Assembly (NCBI RefSeq): GCF_018977255.1
Contig: NW_024704742.1
Location: forward strand, 67,830,001 to 67,894,000
DNA from: Callorhinchus milii
Lineage: Eukaryota
Length of the DNA stretch: 64,000 bases
Direction of reading: 5' to 3'
The position numbers and the translations under genes are program-made. Position 1 is the first letter of the stretch; the number at the start of each line of letters is the position of its first letter. The notes under the pieces were generated by a model. It did not search any database, was not told the DNA's origin, and saw nothing but the letters and a program-made list of their open reading frames with translations. This document shows positions 1-13,600 of the stretch, piece by piece.

Positions 1-1496
1 AATTCCCTTTTGAAAGTTATTGTTGAATCTGCTTTCATTACTCTTTCAGGCAGTGTATACCAGATGCAAGGGTTTCCATCAGTCTGGTGATTAAGCAAAT
101 GGAAAAAAATGCTATAAATAAAAAGAGTGATGGTGCTTTGTTGTCATAATAATATTAATAAAAACCCTTGCATTTGATATAGCACCTTATCACATCATTG
201 AGACGTCTCAAAACCCTTCACAGGATATGCTGTAAAGTGGATTTGACTGTGTATTTTGTGGGTAAAATTCAGTAGCGAATTGGGCACAGCGATATCTCAC
301 AGACAGCCATGGATTGAGTGACAAAAATTGTTTTGAAATTTTTTTTTGAGGGATTATTACCCCCCAGAAAGCGATCTCACTGTCGAAACTTCTCAAAGCA
401 TTTCACAGGATTTTCTGTAAATTGTGGCGAATGAGTGTATTTTTTTAATGTGAATGCAGCAGCCAATTTGCACACAGCAATGTCCCATGACCAGCCATAA
501 AGTGAATGATCAATTTTATCTAATGGATTGTTGGACTGAAAGCCCTTCTCTTTTTGCATAGTGCCGCAAGAACTTTAATGTCTTTAACAAGTAAACCGGA
601 TCTCGGTTTGACGTCTCATCCAATGCAGCAACAAAACAACAACTTGGATTTATATAGCACCCCTCCTGCAGGATAGTGTCTCATTTATATAGCACTCCTC
701 CTGCAGGGTAGCGTCTCTCCCGGTGCTTGACAGTGGCAGAGCACGACACCGAGCCTACGCACAGTCGAAGAGGAAGATCTTCAGGCGCGATCCGAAGCAC
801 TGAATTGAAGCGTCAGACTGGACTGTGTGAGCTCAGAGTCACAATGAACCCGCAACCTTTGGATTCAAAAGGCAGAATGCTGCCAATTGAGCCAGGATGT
901 CATAGCTATCTACTCTAATCCCTTTCATACTAATTCACTCAAGTATTTGTCCAATTCCCTTTTCAACGCTGCTTTGACTTGACCTAAACAACCATTTATG
1001 TCAAGGAGTTGCACACGAGAACCATTCTGTGTGTAAAGGGAAATCTTCTAACTCCTCTCCTTTTACTTGTAGCACAGTCAATCCTTAATTTCTGCTCCAC
1101 TATTAATGTCTTGCCTGATTCTCACTTTTGGGTTGGGGTGGGGGAATTATTGCCCATGATACTGGGAGAAATTCCCTTCTCTTTTCGAATAGTGCCATAA
1201 AATCTTTAACATCCACCTGAACAGCAAATGGGACATCAGTTTAATATCTCATCTGAAGGACGGCACCTCCGACAATGCAACACCCCCAAAACACTGCATT
1301 GGAGTGTCAGTTTAGACTATGTGATTCCAAGTCCCGACATGGGGCTTGAACCCACAACCTTTTGAGTCGGAGGCGAGAGTGCTACCATTGCGCCATGCTG
1401 ACACACAGTCGCTAAACCCACTCCTGCCATGGGTTATTACCCACTCTGTGGCTTTAGGGAGCATGTTGTGAAGCAGCTATTGTTTTATACACTCAC

Positions 1497-1617
1497 CTGC
1501 TCTTTGGAGGACAGTGTCGGGTGCACAAACTTCCTGTAGAGAACGCTGGCTCCTTTCGTGTAAGGAGACAGCAGCCAAACAATAAAAGCGATTTTGAGTT
1601 CATAATAAAATGGAAAC
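1497..1617 (-). CDS. REEP1: REEP1 coding exon 4 ([40 protein letters not shown])
   Basis: TTCCCAG|GTTTCCA...GAGCAG|GTGAGT; 121 nt. Confidence 0.95.
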
Positions 1618-4600
1618 CTGGGAACAAACAGGGTGAAATTACATCAAATACAGTCGGGATACACTCAGGCCAGTTCCTCTCATCTAACTGGACAGGGCTC
1701 AATACCTGCCATTTTCAGACCATTATAAAACCATTTCCTTAAACATTAAATCTTGTGCCGAACTTTCAAAATGCCTTCATTTCTCCTTTCTTCTCTCTGC
1801 CCATTTCTTCCTTTCTCTCTCCCCCTTTCTCTCTCTCTCTCTCTCTCTCTCTTTCTCCCCCTCTCTCTCTCCCTTCCCTCTCTCCCCTCCCCTTCTCTCC
1901 CTCTCAAGCACCTTAGCACCAAGTAAAGGGGAGACATATTGAAGAAAACAAAAATACAACCATGAACAGCAATGGAAATATAGTGCTCGCAATGTCCTTT
2001 AAAAAATGAATACTGCAACATTGGGTGAAGCACTCCTATTGACCAGCCTCGGAACAGTGTGAATCACGACACCTCCATTAATATCACCTGAGCTGGTGCA
2101 AGTCTACGGCTGTCACTAAAGATTAACAATGAAATGTCACAGTCGGGTCTCACCATGGAAGGAAGAGATCTGTGAAGGTTTCTGCTGTGGTGAACAAGGC
2201 AAATATGATCCAGTACATCATCCATTTCACCTGGTTAGACAGGAAGGCAAAAATGTCAAGTGGACGCACCATATTTCACCCGTGACGAAAGTACTGAGCA
2301 CCAATTACGCCACAGACAACTCTGAACATAATAATAATCCTTTAATTTGATATAGTGCCTTATCATGTGGTTGAGACGTCTCAAAGCGCTTCACAGAATA
2401 TACTGTAAAGTGGATTGACTGTATATTTTGTGGTGAAATGCTACAGCCAATTGTGCACAGCAGTGTCCCACAAATAGTCGTGGATCAAGTTTTTTTAGGA
2501 TTATCCCTGGAAAGCAATCCGCCAATTTTTTCTATCAACCAATAACATAAACAATAAATTTAATATAAATAATAAATGTAATATAAACAATAATTTATTA
2601 TAATAATAAATTTAACATAAACAAACGAGGCATACACTCATATACATGTGATTACTGACAGTACAGTGATTACTGGAGTAAGCTACAGGGATATGGGGTA
2701 AATGGCAGGTAAATGGGACTGAAAGAATTGCTCTTAAAATAGCCGTCATGGACACAATGGGCTGAATGTCCTTCTTCTGTGCTGTAAATTTCTATGGTTC
2801 TATTAGTTAACGTAGACTGCATGGGTTAGGCCTTTTTTTTAACTAGAGAAGAGATGTTTAAGAAGGGACCTAATGGAGATGTTTAAAATTATAAAAGTGT
2901 TCAATAAGGTCAACATAAATAGGCTGTTTCCACTGGTCGTGAAGTCCGTAACCAGAGTACATAAGTGCAAGAGAGCGACAAGGGGATCTAAATTTAATTT
3001 AAGAGGAACCACTTCAGTAGCGAGAAGTAGAGAGTTGCGAAAATGTGGAACTCGCCGCCTGAAGCGGTATTTAAATCAAATAGTGTAGATCCGTTTAAGA
3101 GGAAGCTAGACCTTCACTTGAGAGAGAAATGAATAGAAGAAATTAAGGAGTGAGTGGAGACTGAACAACAATAAATTACATGTTTATAGCGCCTTTCACA
3201 TCGGGAGGATATCCCAAGGCGCTGGACGGTCAAGGATTTGGACATGAGCAGGGGGTTGGGATCATGGAGGGTGGAGGGCGGGGGAAGGTAGGGGTAGGAG
3301 GGTGACCGAAGGCATGGTCAAAAAGGAGGGTCCTGAGACGGGCCTTGAAGGAGGCAAGGGAGGGGGCAAAGTGAAGGGACTGTGGGATGGAGTTCCAAAG
3401 GGTGGGGGCAGAGAGGCTGACAACAACAACAATTTGCATTTATATAACACCATTCACGAGAGGTAGTGTCTCAACTAGCTCTTACATGAGCATAAATATC
3501 GACACAGACTGGTTGGGCGTAGGGGCCTGATTCTGTGCGTATCCCTGTATGTTACTCTATATCCCGATTATACTGAACTAAGTGCTTCAATTGAGGCGCC
3601 CTTTAACAGTAGTGCAACTGAGGCAGAGAAGAGCTGAGTGTGTGCATTTACTCAAACAAAGTCTCGGAGCCCCGCTCACTGGACTCCGGTTGTCAGGTAA
3701 GCGGAATAAAAATCTGACCGGGTTTCGCTGGATTATTTGGGTAAAAACTCTACTGACTGTCACACACATTGACTTTGGCGGCCTCAGCTTTCCCCATTAT
3801 TTGGCGATGAGTGTCAGAACGACTGAACCATAGAAATTTACAGCACGGAAGAAGGCCATTCGGCTCATTGTGTCTTCTAAAGACCAATCCCCTCAGTCCC
3901 CTGAGTATCGAGCTTTAGTCGTTGAGACATCTCAAAACGCTTCACAGATTATACTGTAAAGTAAACTGATAGTACATTTTGTGGGCGAAACACGGCAACC
4001 AAATGCGCACAGTGGTGTCCTACAATCAATTGTGGATTGACTGACCAAATTATGAATTTATTATTATTTTTATTTTTTTTGAAGGGATTATTACCCTCGG
4101 AAAAGCGATCTGCCAATCGACCAACAACCGGGTTCCTACTTACTGCTAGATAAACAGAGGCGTGTGGAGTAAGAAAATTAGTGTAACGTTTAACCTGGCG
4201 GGAATCAACCCAGGTCCTCTTGCTTGCGAGGCGAGTGCTCTAACCGATACATTACAGGACCCCACAAGCACCATGTAGCACCCCCTCACACAGAAATTGA
4301 ATTTTATTTAATTATTTAAAAAATATTAAATAATCCAGAGTATTTCACAGTGTGGGAGCACGACACCGAGCCGAAGGAGGAAGTGACCGTAGGCACGGTC
4401 GAATAGGAAGATCTTCATGCTCTACCTGAAGATGGGGAAAAATGGGTCAAGATGGAGGGATTGAGGGAGAGTGTTCCATTAATTAATGATTAATGACCAG
4501 CCAATTAATCGTAACCTTGTGCCTATTCTCTGCCTGTTGCATGCAGCGAGCAGGATCAATCTTCGAGCAGTTCTTTCTCGTTCGCCCACAAATATACAGT

Positions 4601-7600
4601 CAATTCACTTTACAGTGTGTTCTGTGAAGCGCTTTGGGACGTCCTCCTGACGTGAAAAGCGCTATATCAAATGCAAGGATTATTATTATTATTATTATTA
4701 TTAGTGCTAATGGGAAGGCAGTTTGCATGTTGAATTTTATGACTGCTCCACTTACATTTAATACAGTTTCGAAATCCTACTCTTGCCATTCATCTCAATG
4801 ACACATACATTGTAAAGCAAACCTCAATATTCAATACCAGAGACCCAAGTCCCGGGAGACCACTTTTGTCTGAAAATTTAAGATCAGATTTGTAGAAAAT
4901 TCTCAAATTTAGTATGAATTCAGAAGCTGCTTCAGGAGGACCTCCCAAGATGCTGGACAGTCAAGGGTTTGCACTCAAGCTGCAGTTGGCGTCAGGAGGG
5001 CTGAAGGGCAAGGGGGGTGGTGGTGGGAGGATGACCAAAGGCGCGGTCGAAGGGGAAGGCCTTGAGACGGGCCTTGAAGGAGTCGAGGTGGAGGGGCTCT
5101 GGGATGGAGTTCCAGAAGGTGGGGACAGAAACGCTAAAGGCCCAACCCCCGATGGCGGAATGGGAAGGGAGGGGGCGTGGAGTAGGCCATTGAACGGAGG
5201 GAGTGGACAGTTTGGTAGAGCTTTAGCAGGCCACAGAGGTGGGGCAAAGCAAGACCCTGGAGGGCTTTAACAGTGAGGATGAGGATTTTAAACGTAGTCC
5301 TCTGGGAGATGGGGAGCCAGTGGAGCCAGGCAAGGATGGGGGTGATCGGCTCAGAGTCCTGTCATTAAAAGTGTTATATCCAATGCAAGGATTATTATTA
5401 ATTAGAATGCAAATTAAGATTGAACAATTTTTCATGATTCTGTTTGATCTTGAATCTTAAGCCTGAGGTGAGATGAAATTGTGAGCCTCAGATATAAACA
5501 AGAGAAAAGATAATAGGCTCCGTCTCCTTTATACATTCATGAACTGTAACGGTAGGAACGCCCCAAATGAGTTCAAAGCTAACTGCAGCATTGCCATTAA
5601 AAGATAAACCAGAAATTCTGAGCTCATGTTACATCTTGAGATGTCTCAAAGCACTTCACAGAATATATTGTAAAGGGGATTGATTTTCTATTTTTGTGGG
5701 AAATGAATAATAATAATCCTTGCATAGAGCGCCTTATCACGTCTTTCGAGACGTCTCAAAGCGCTTCCCAGAATATACTGTAAAGTGAATTGACTATATT
5801 TTGTGGGCAAAACGCAGCAGCCAACACTCGTGGATTGAGTAACAGAATTAGATTAGATTAGATCAGTTCTAATGATAAAACAAACAAATCAGCTGCACAG
5901 ACATGTGCAAGACGATAAGTAAGAAATATGCGGAATGTTAGTTGATGCGTAGCTCATCGTGTCTAAACAGTGTGAGGCAATAAATAAGGCAATAAGGAAA
6001 CTGGGCAAGTTTGCAAAATTAACTGACCTCAACTCTCCCTGACATGGTGCTTCAGCAGTGCAGTGCTCTGGAGTGCTGCGTACAGTGCTGGTCGCTGCAA
6101 AATAAGGGTCTGACTGCCCAAGAGGCAGAGCACAGGTAAGCAACAAGACTGGTCCCCATTGTTAGAGGGCCGAGCTGTGAGGAAAGACTAGGTAATTTAG
6201 GACTCTTCAGCCTCCCGGAGACATCCCAAGGGCACCTTATGGTCTGTGTCTTTGAAGGCGCTTTCGATCATCTTTTCCTCTAAACCAGGACTGTCGAGCA
6301 CCTTGAGACGTCCTCCCCACATGAAAGGCGCTATACAAATGTAAATGTGTATTGTATTTAGTGTATTGTCAGAGCTATAACAGGAAGGTTAAAGCGTGCG
6401 TGTTACTCACATATTCTTTTACATTCTTTGTCTTTACAGCCTTGTATGAAGAATACGCTGGATAAAGTGTGCCAAATATCAGCCTGTTAAAAAAAAAGAA
6501 ACTCCTGTTACAGTATCAATTAACAATCCTCCACATGAATTCTTTCATTCATTTTATGACTGTTTGTGGGGCATCCATAGTCTGTGAGCAACCTGGCTGC
6601 CAGGTTCGCCTACAAAATATACAGTCAATGCATTTTACAGTAAATCCTGCAAAGCACTTTGAGACGTCCTCTTGAAGTGAATGACACTATATCAAATGCA
6701 ATAATTATTATTATTCATTATTTAAAATTATTATACTTTAAGTGAGCTAATCTTGCCTATGAGTACCTCACTCTTTCGATACAAGGATCGAAAAGGCAGT
6801 GTTTAATTGTGTGATTCATCAAAAACAACTCAGAGTAGTTCAATCTGAATTAGAGATTTAGAGATTTACTGCAATAAGAAGGCCATTTAGCCCATTATGT
6901 CATTGCTGACTCTTTTAAGGATCAATTACTTAATCCCATTTGCCTACCTTTGTGACATCCTCCTGACATGAAAGACGTACAAACATAAATAATAAATAGT
7001 ATTGCATTGCATTTGTAAACAAGATTAGTCTCTTGAAACAAGGAAATTAACAATAACAACTTGCATTTATAATAAGAATAATATTTGCATTTGATTTAGC
7101 GCCTTACCACATCATTGAGACTTCTCAAAGCACTTCACAGGATATATTGCAAAGTCGATTGACTGAATTTTGAGAGCGAATTACATAGATCCCTTCATGC
7201 AGGATAACATCTTGGAGCACTTCACAATGGCGGAGCAGAGGGAGGGGATTGATCTTTAGCGTGGTCAAAAAGGTAGATTTTAAGGTGGGATTTAAAGAGG
7301 AGAGGAGGCAAGGTGTTCCAGAGATTAGGGGTGAATACATTAAGTGATGTACATCACAAGGTGCTGTGAAGTACTGTAATTCAAGAGGATGCAAAAACGT
7401 GGTGATAAAATTACATCAATTAACGTACATAAATCTTTAAAGGTGATCAAACTTGTGAAGCGAGCTAATGGGATCCTGGGTTTTACAAACAGGAGCGTAG
7501 AATATAAAACCTAACAGGTGATGATGTTTAACCTGTATAAATTATTAATTAATGACAATCCTTGTATTTGGTAGTGCGCTTTTCACATCAGGAGGACGTC

Positions 7601-10600
7601 TCAAAGCACTTCAAATGATTTCCTGTAAAGTGTAGTGACCTGTGTATTTTGGAGGTGAAAGCAGTTAGGGTATTGTGTTCAGTTGTGGTGACCACATCTC
7701 AGAAGAACATCAGGACCACAGAGAGGATATGGAGGTGAGTTACTAGGATGATATTAGGGACAAGTGGTTTGATTTACAAGTAGAGGATCTCGGTCTATTT
7801 GCATTGGAACAGAGAAGGTTGAGGAGAGACCTGATAGAAGTTTTTAACATTATGAGAGGTTTTGATAAGGTCAATAGGAAGAAATTATCTCCACTGGATG
7901 GTGAGTCAGTGACTAGAGGGCATTAATTTAAGATGATTAGGAAGGAAGAAAAAGGAAGAGATTAGATTTTTTCACACAGATCATTGTTAGGATGTGTAAT
8001 GGCCTGCGCTGGTCCAGGCACAATGAATAGTAGCTTTAAAAAGGGAACTAGATAGATATATAAAGAGTAATTTACAGGGAAATGGGGAAAAGCAGGAAAA
8101 TGGGACTAAATGGATTGCTCTTACAAAATAACCATCATCATCATTATAATAATAATCCTTGCATTTGATATAGCGCCTTTCACATTGTTGAGAAATCTCA
8201 AAACATCCACTGTAAAGTGGATTGACTGCGTATTTTGTGAGCGAAATATAATAGGCCAAATATTTATCCTCTGAGCTGTGAAGTTCTATGGTTCTAAGCC
8301 GAGGTGCACTGCAAATTCCTCTTATTTCAAAGATGCTTTTAGCCCCACACAAACCAGAGTTGCAAATTAGGCATATGTATACATATAATAAATACACAAA
8401 TAAATGAGGCCAGGATATTGATAGCATGACGACTTGTCAGGGGGGTCCAACCGGTAGCCTGTGGGCCACATCTGCCCCCCCCATATCCCCCCCACCACCC
8501 TCCAGTTCATCTGGCCCAACCACTCCCTCCATAACCCATAAATGTTATGTTATGTTTCTGAAAGGGAAACACCAAGGTATTGCTTGTGTGGCCCACAGAG
8601 GTTTCTCAAATAGGGAATCCAGCCCTCAGCAGCCAAAAGGTTGGACCACCTTGACAGTGGCAGTGACAAGTTATCAGACGTTTACCGTGTGTTAGCACCT
8701 GTCACGTAAGATGAATGTCTCCAAGACCTTCACAAATATGAGCAGGACTCCATGAGCGAGGAGAAAGCAGTGAGCATTACGAGAATGATCTAGAGCGAAG
8801 CCACACAGTTTCCCAGTGTGAAGTCTAGTTCACGATTGTGTGGAAATTACTTTGAGATGACAGATGTACAGTGTACGCAGTGGGTGACACCAGGTTCCGC
8901 TGACTCACTGCCTATGAACCTCCTTTATGCATAATGATGGCTGAGTCAGCAGAATCCATTACATCGAGGCAGTTTCTTTGACTGATGTAAAGGCAACTGC
9001 TGGACGCTCTTCAGTTCAGTAAATTACATTGAATTCATCTTGTAGATAAATACACGCACTCTCAATTCTATTTTTAATGTGTTCTCTGTTGGTGAAGCCG
9101 ATGCTGTTTATTTCAGTTCATATGTTTCCTAATGTTCTGCCACGCCTGGCCTCCTTGTTTAGCATCTTGGCTCAGTTGCTAGCACTCTCTGAACCAGAAG
9201 GCTGTGGGTTCAAACTCCACGTCAGGACTTGAGCTCAAAATATGCGACTGACACTTTAATACACTACTGCACTGGGGTCAGGGAATCTTCCCACTCAGCT
9301 CTCATTAACCCTGCAAGCCAAAGCCCTGTCGGGGAGGGTTGTCCCAGCTGGACAAGCAGTGGGAAAGCTTGCCAGACAATTGCTGTCAAAGACAAGCTAT
9401 GCGGTGTTAGCAGGTTAGACTCCAGCAGTTACCCCAACACACACTTTGGGGTCTCCAAACCTGAGCTCTTGCCAACCTGCGCCTAATACTTTCTAGAATT
9501 AGGAGCAAGATGTGTCCCTCCAGCGAGAGAGTGAGCATTCTATTCCAACAATCTGTCTCTGGGATTTCCATGTGTAGGTGGGATGCCTGGAAACCTCAGT
9601 TTGGTTTGGATACTCTTAAGTCTAGTGATGGGATTTCACATGTCAGACACCCAGCTGACCCAAAAACATGAAGCACTGCATTGTCAGAGGTGCGTCCTTC
9701 AGATGAGACTTTAAATAGCATGCTAAAGCATTACCCTAGATGAAGTATGCTATATCAATGCAAGTTGTTGTTGCTGTTGTGAACTGAAGTCCCATTGGCT
9801 TGTTTGACTGATGGGTATTAAAGATCTTGCAGCATCATTTGAGATGAGAAGAGAGTTCTTCCCAGAGTCCTATCTACCAAAACTCTAGACTAACTTATCA
9901 TTCATCTCAAAGCTGTTTGTGGGAACCTTTCCATGAGCAAAATGGCAAATATTTGCCGGCCAAAGCAACAAAAAAAAATTACATTTATATAGTGCCTTTC
10001 ATGTCGGAAGGATATCCCAAAGCGCTGACAGTAATGGGTTTGCATCTGAGCTGGGGGTTGGAATCAAGAGGGTGGAGGATAAGGACTGGGAAGATGACCA
10101 AAGGCACGTTCAAAGAGGAAGATCTTGAGATGAACCTTGAAGGAAGCGAGGGAGGGGGCGAGATGGAAGGATTTGGGGTTTGAGTTCCAGAGAGTGAGGG
10201 TAGAAACACTGAAGACTGGTCCACAATGGTGTGGCAGACAGAGCGGGGCACATAGAGCAGGCCAGTACCCGCCAAACGGATGGAGCGGGCATGTTGGTAT
10301 GGTGTAGTATGGCTTTAAAAGTGAGGATGATGATTTTAAACTTGATCCTCTGGGGGATGGGGAGCCAATGGAGTTGGGAAAAGATGGGGGTGATCGGTTC
10401 ACCAAGCTTGTAGCGGGAGAGGAGATGAGTTGCAGAGTTCTGGATAAAAACAGCTAGCACTCTTAACAATAAATACTGTTAAAAGCACTTTCAGGCATTT
10501 CAAAGGAACAAGGTGCTACAAACAATGTAAGGTCATTCTTTCTAAATAATGTTATGAGATGAGAAAGATTGGTTTACATGAAGGATTGGCTTGGCTCATT

Positions 10601-13600
10601 TGATCTCATCCCCACATTACCATCTTCCCGTTATAAATAAATAAATATAAATATAAATAAATGCAATAAACCTCCCGACTTGAAAGGCACTTTATAAATG
10701 TACATTTGTATTGTACTGCATTGTATTACTAGCCTCTTTGTAAATAAAATTTTCCTTGTTCTGTTCTAAATTGCCCCTCACAACCCTGAACCTGTGCCGT
10801 CTTGTCCTGTTATCTTGGAAGGTATTGTTTAGTTTTTATACTTTTTGTCCACAAAATACAGTCAATCCACTTTATAGTATATTCTGTGAAGCACTTTGAG
10901 ACGTCTCAGCGACATGATAAGACGCTATATCAAACGCAAGGATTATTACTATTACTATTATTATTATATTAAGAATACAAGATTAGAATTGTTGTCATTA
11001 TTAAATAGAGTTACTCAGAACATTATAGCATACAAATGAGCTATTTGGTCCAATTACTCCGTGTAGGTGTTTATATTCCAAATGTAAAGGTTTTGTAATA
11101 ACTGGAAATAATCTTTGTATTTGATATAGCACCTTTCACAAAGCGCTTCACAGGATTTATTGTAAAGTGTAGTGACTGCATTTTGCAGACAAAACAGAAT
11201 TTGATGCACCTCCTCTCCCCTCTATCTGACCTCAGCCTTCCAGAACCCCCACCCCCACCCGTCACCTCATCATAGCACCAAATGCTTTTTAAATGAGTTC
11301 ATTTTTCATTCGAAGAAAATGTAACTAATCCTCCTCTCCTGTTGGTTTCTTCTCTTTCTCTTCCCAAGCCTCTTCAACAACAACAACAACAAGATTCCAT
11401 TTATGGAGCGCCTTTCACATCGGGAGGTCGTCCCAAGGCGCTGTACAGTTGGGTCAGGACCCGAGCAGGGGGGAAATGGTCAGGATGAGGGGAGGGAAGG
11501 GAGGGAGCGAGGAGGGGGTAGAGAGTCGAGAGGGGAGCTGAAGGCTTGAGACCGGCCTTGAAGGAGGAAAGGGTGGAAGCGGCAAAGGCACTGGGGGATA
11601 GAGTTCCAGAGCCTCGGGGCTGAGAGACTGAAGGCCCGGCCACAGATGGTAGGGCGGTTGGGGCGAGGGATGTGGAGCAGACCGGAGCCAGAGGAACGGA
11701 GGGTACGGGCAGGTAGGTAGGGGGATAGTAAGTCGGAGAGGTAGGAGGGAGCGAGGCCGTGAATGGCCTTGTAGGTGAGGATGAGGATCTTGAATTCGAT
11801 CCTCTGGGGGATGGGGAGCCAGTGGAGGCGAGCGAGGGTGGGAGTGATGTGGTCCAAATCTTTGTTTAACAGGATGTCCTTCAAATACGCCAATAAATAT
11901 CAAGCAAAGTTGGGCCAATAAATGCTTCAGTTAATTGTTATCGCTTTCGGTGTGGCCATAATTGCACAGGGCGAGTGGGTCTCTACAAACGTGCAATTTA
12001 ATTAAACGAAGATGAAATGTAATACATCAGTCATACACAGATATCCATTTCCCTTCTGCTTGTTGGTCAGTTAATTAGAAAAGACCTGAGATTTTCTCAG
12101 AATCCATTTTCCAAAACGTATCTTAGCATCTTTCCAAAGGACATAATAATAATAATAATAATCCTTGCATTTGATATAGCACCTTATCATGTAAGTGAGA
12201 CATATCAAAGCGCTTCACAGAGTATATTGTAAAGAGAATTGACTGTGTAATTTGTGGGTGAAACATCTTTGAATGCGGGACAGATTGGAGGTGGGTCGTG
12301 ATGAGTGGTGGGTGGGTGGGGGGTTGGGGGTAAGGGGTCTCCTTTATCCGTCCTCTTCAATTTCAGGTCAAGGGTTCGTGAGGGTTCACAAATCTTTAGC
12401 TCAGACACGTCGATCGGCGAGGACAGAGTAGCTTGAATGAATGCTGCGACATCAGGACATCTATCGTGTGCAGTGTCCTTAACTACAGCTGGTGCACTTT
12501 AACAGGTGGCAGGCAGTACAATCTTGGGCGTGGTGTAAACAATATACTACATATCAAATAATAATCCTTGCATTTGATACAGTGCCTTATCATGATGTTG
12601 AGATATCGCAAAGCGTGTCAGAGAATATACTGTAAAACAAAATTGATTGTGGGCGAAACCCGGCAGCCAATTGCGCACAGCAGTGTCCTGCAAACAGTGG
12701 TGGATTGAGCCCATTATGGAAATGATACAAATATGGAAGGATATTGGTGGTGTGGGGGAGGGTGTGTGTGATAGGACAGGGGCGTGGCACTGAATGGATC
12801 ACTCTTTCAGAGACATTATCAAACGTATGCTGGTTTTCTCCTGCTGTGTGTAATTTAACATGCTGCGTCACCCCTCCGACCACTCGGTGATAAGAAGTGT
12901 GATTTGTCAGGAGCAGGCTGAGCCTTACAATCGCCATAATGTCTCTCCGGCTTGGAGCTGGATCAATGGCAAAGGTGTGGTTATTCACTCCCCCACCACC
13001 ACTGCACAATTTTTTTTTGGACAGCCAGGTTTCTGTCTGACACATGCGGAAACCCATCACCATGCTTAAGAGTTTAAGCTACAGGAGCTGAGAGGGAGGA
13101 TTCCCTGTCCCCAACCCCAGCCACAGGTCTGGCCTCCCAAGTCCTGCCGATGAGCCAGTCTTTTTCATTTATATTATACATTTTTAAAAATGTATAATTT
13201 TTTCCATTGCATGAGAGTGAGGGGTGGGGGGGGAGGGGGGAGGCTGCCAGTGTGTGTGTGTGTGTTTCAGTCCCACTATTAAATAGAGAAATAAATAGTG
13301 AAATACATGAACAGGGAAATAATCCTTAGATTTGTTACAAAACAAAGAATGGTGCAGCCAAGCCAGGGATCAAGCATATTTTTAATGATTTTTAAAAAAT
13401 ATAAACGAGGCAATACTGCAGGTGTGATTTGGAGGCAGAGAGGGAAGGAGGGAGGGGGAAGAAGAAAGAGGGTATTGTGAAAACAGCCACCAGTATTTTT
13501 AAAAAAATAAAACAACATAGAAAACTTCCACGACAGGTGCTTGCATTGTGGCCTCAGCTAAAACAAGGCGAATGGATGTTTTAACTGCAATGTATACGTG

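Noticed and set aside
648..718. ~35-bp tandem duplication ATTTATATAGCAC.CCTCCTGCAGG.TAG.GTCTC
   Set aside because: It is a local duplication inside an L2-type tail with nothing to suggest function.
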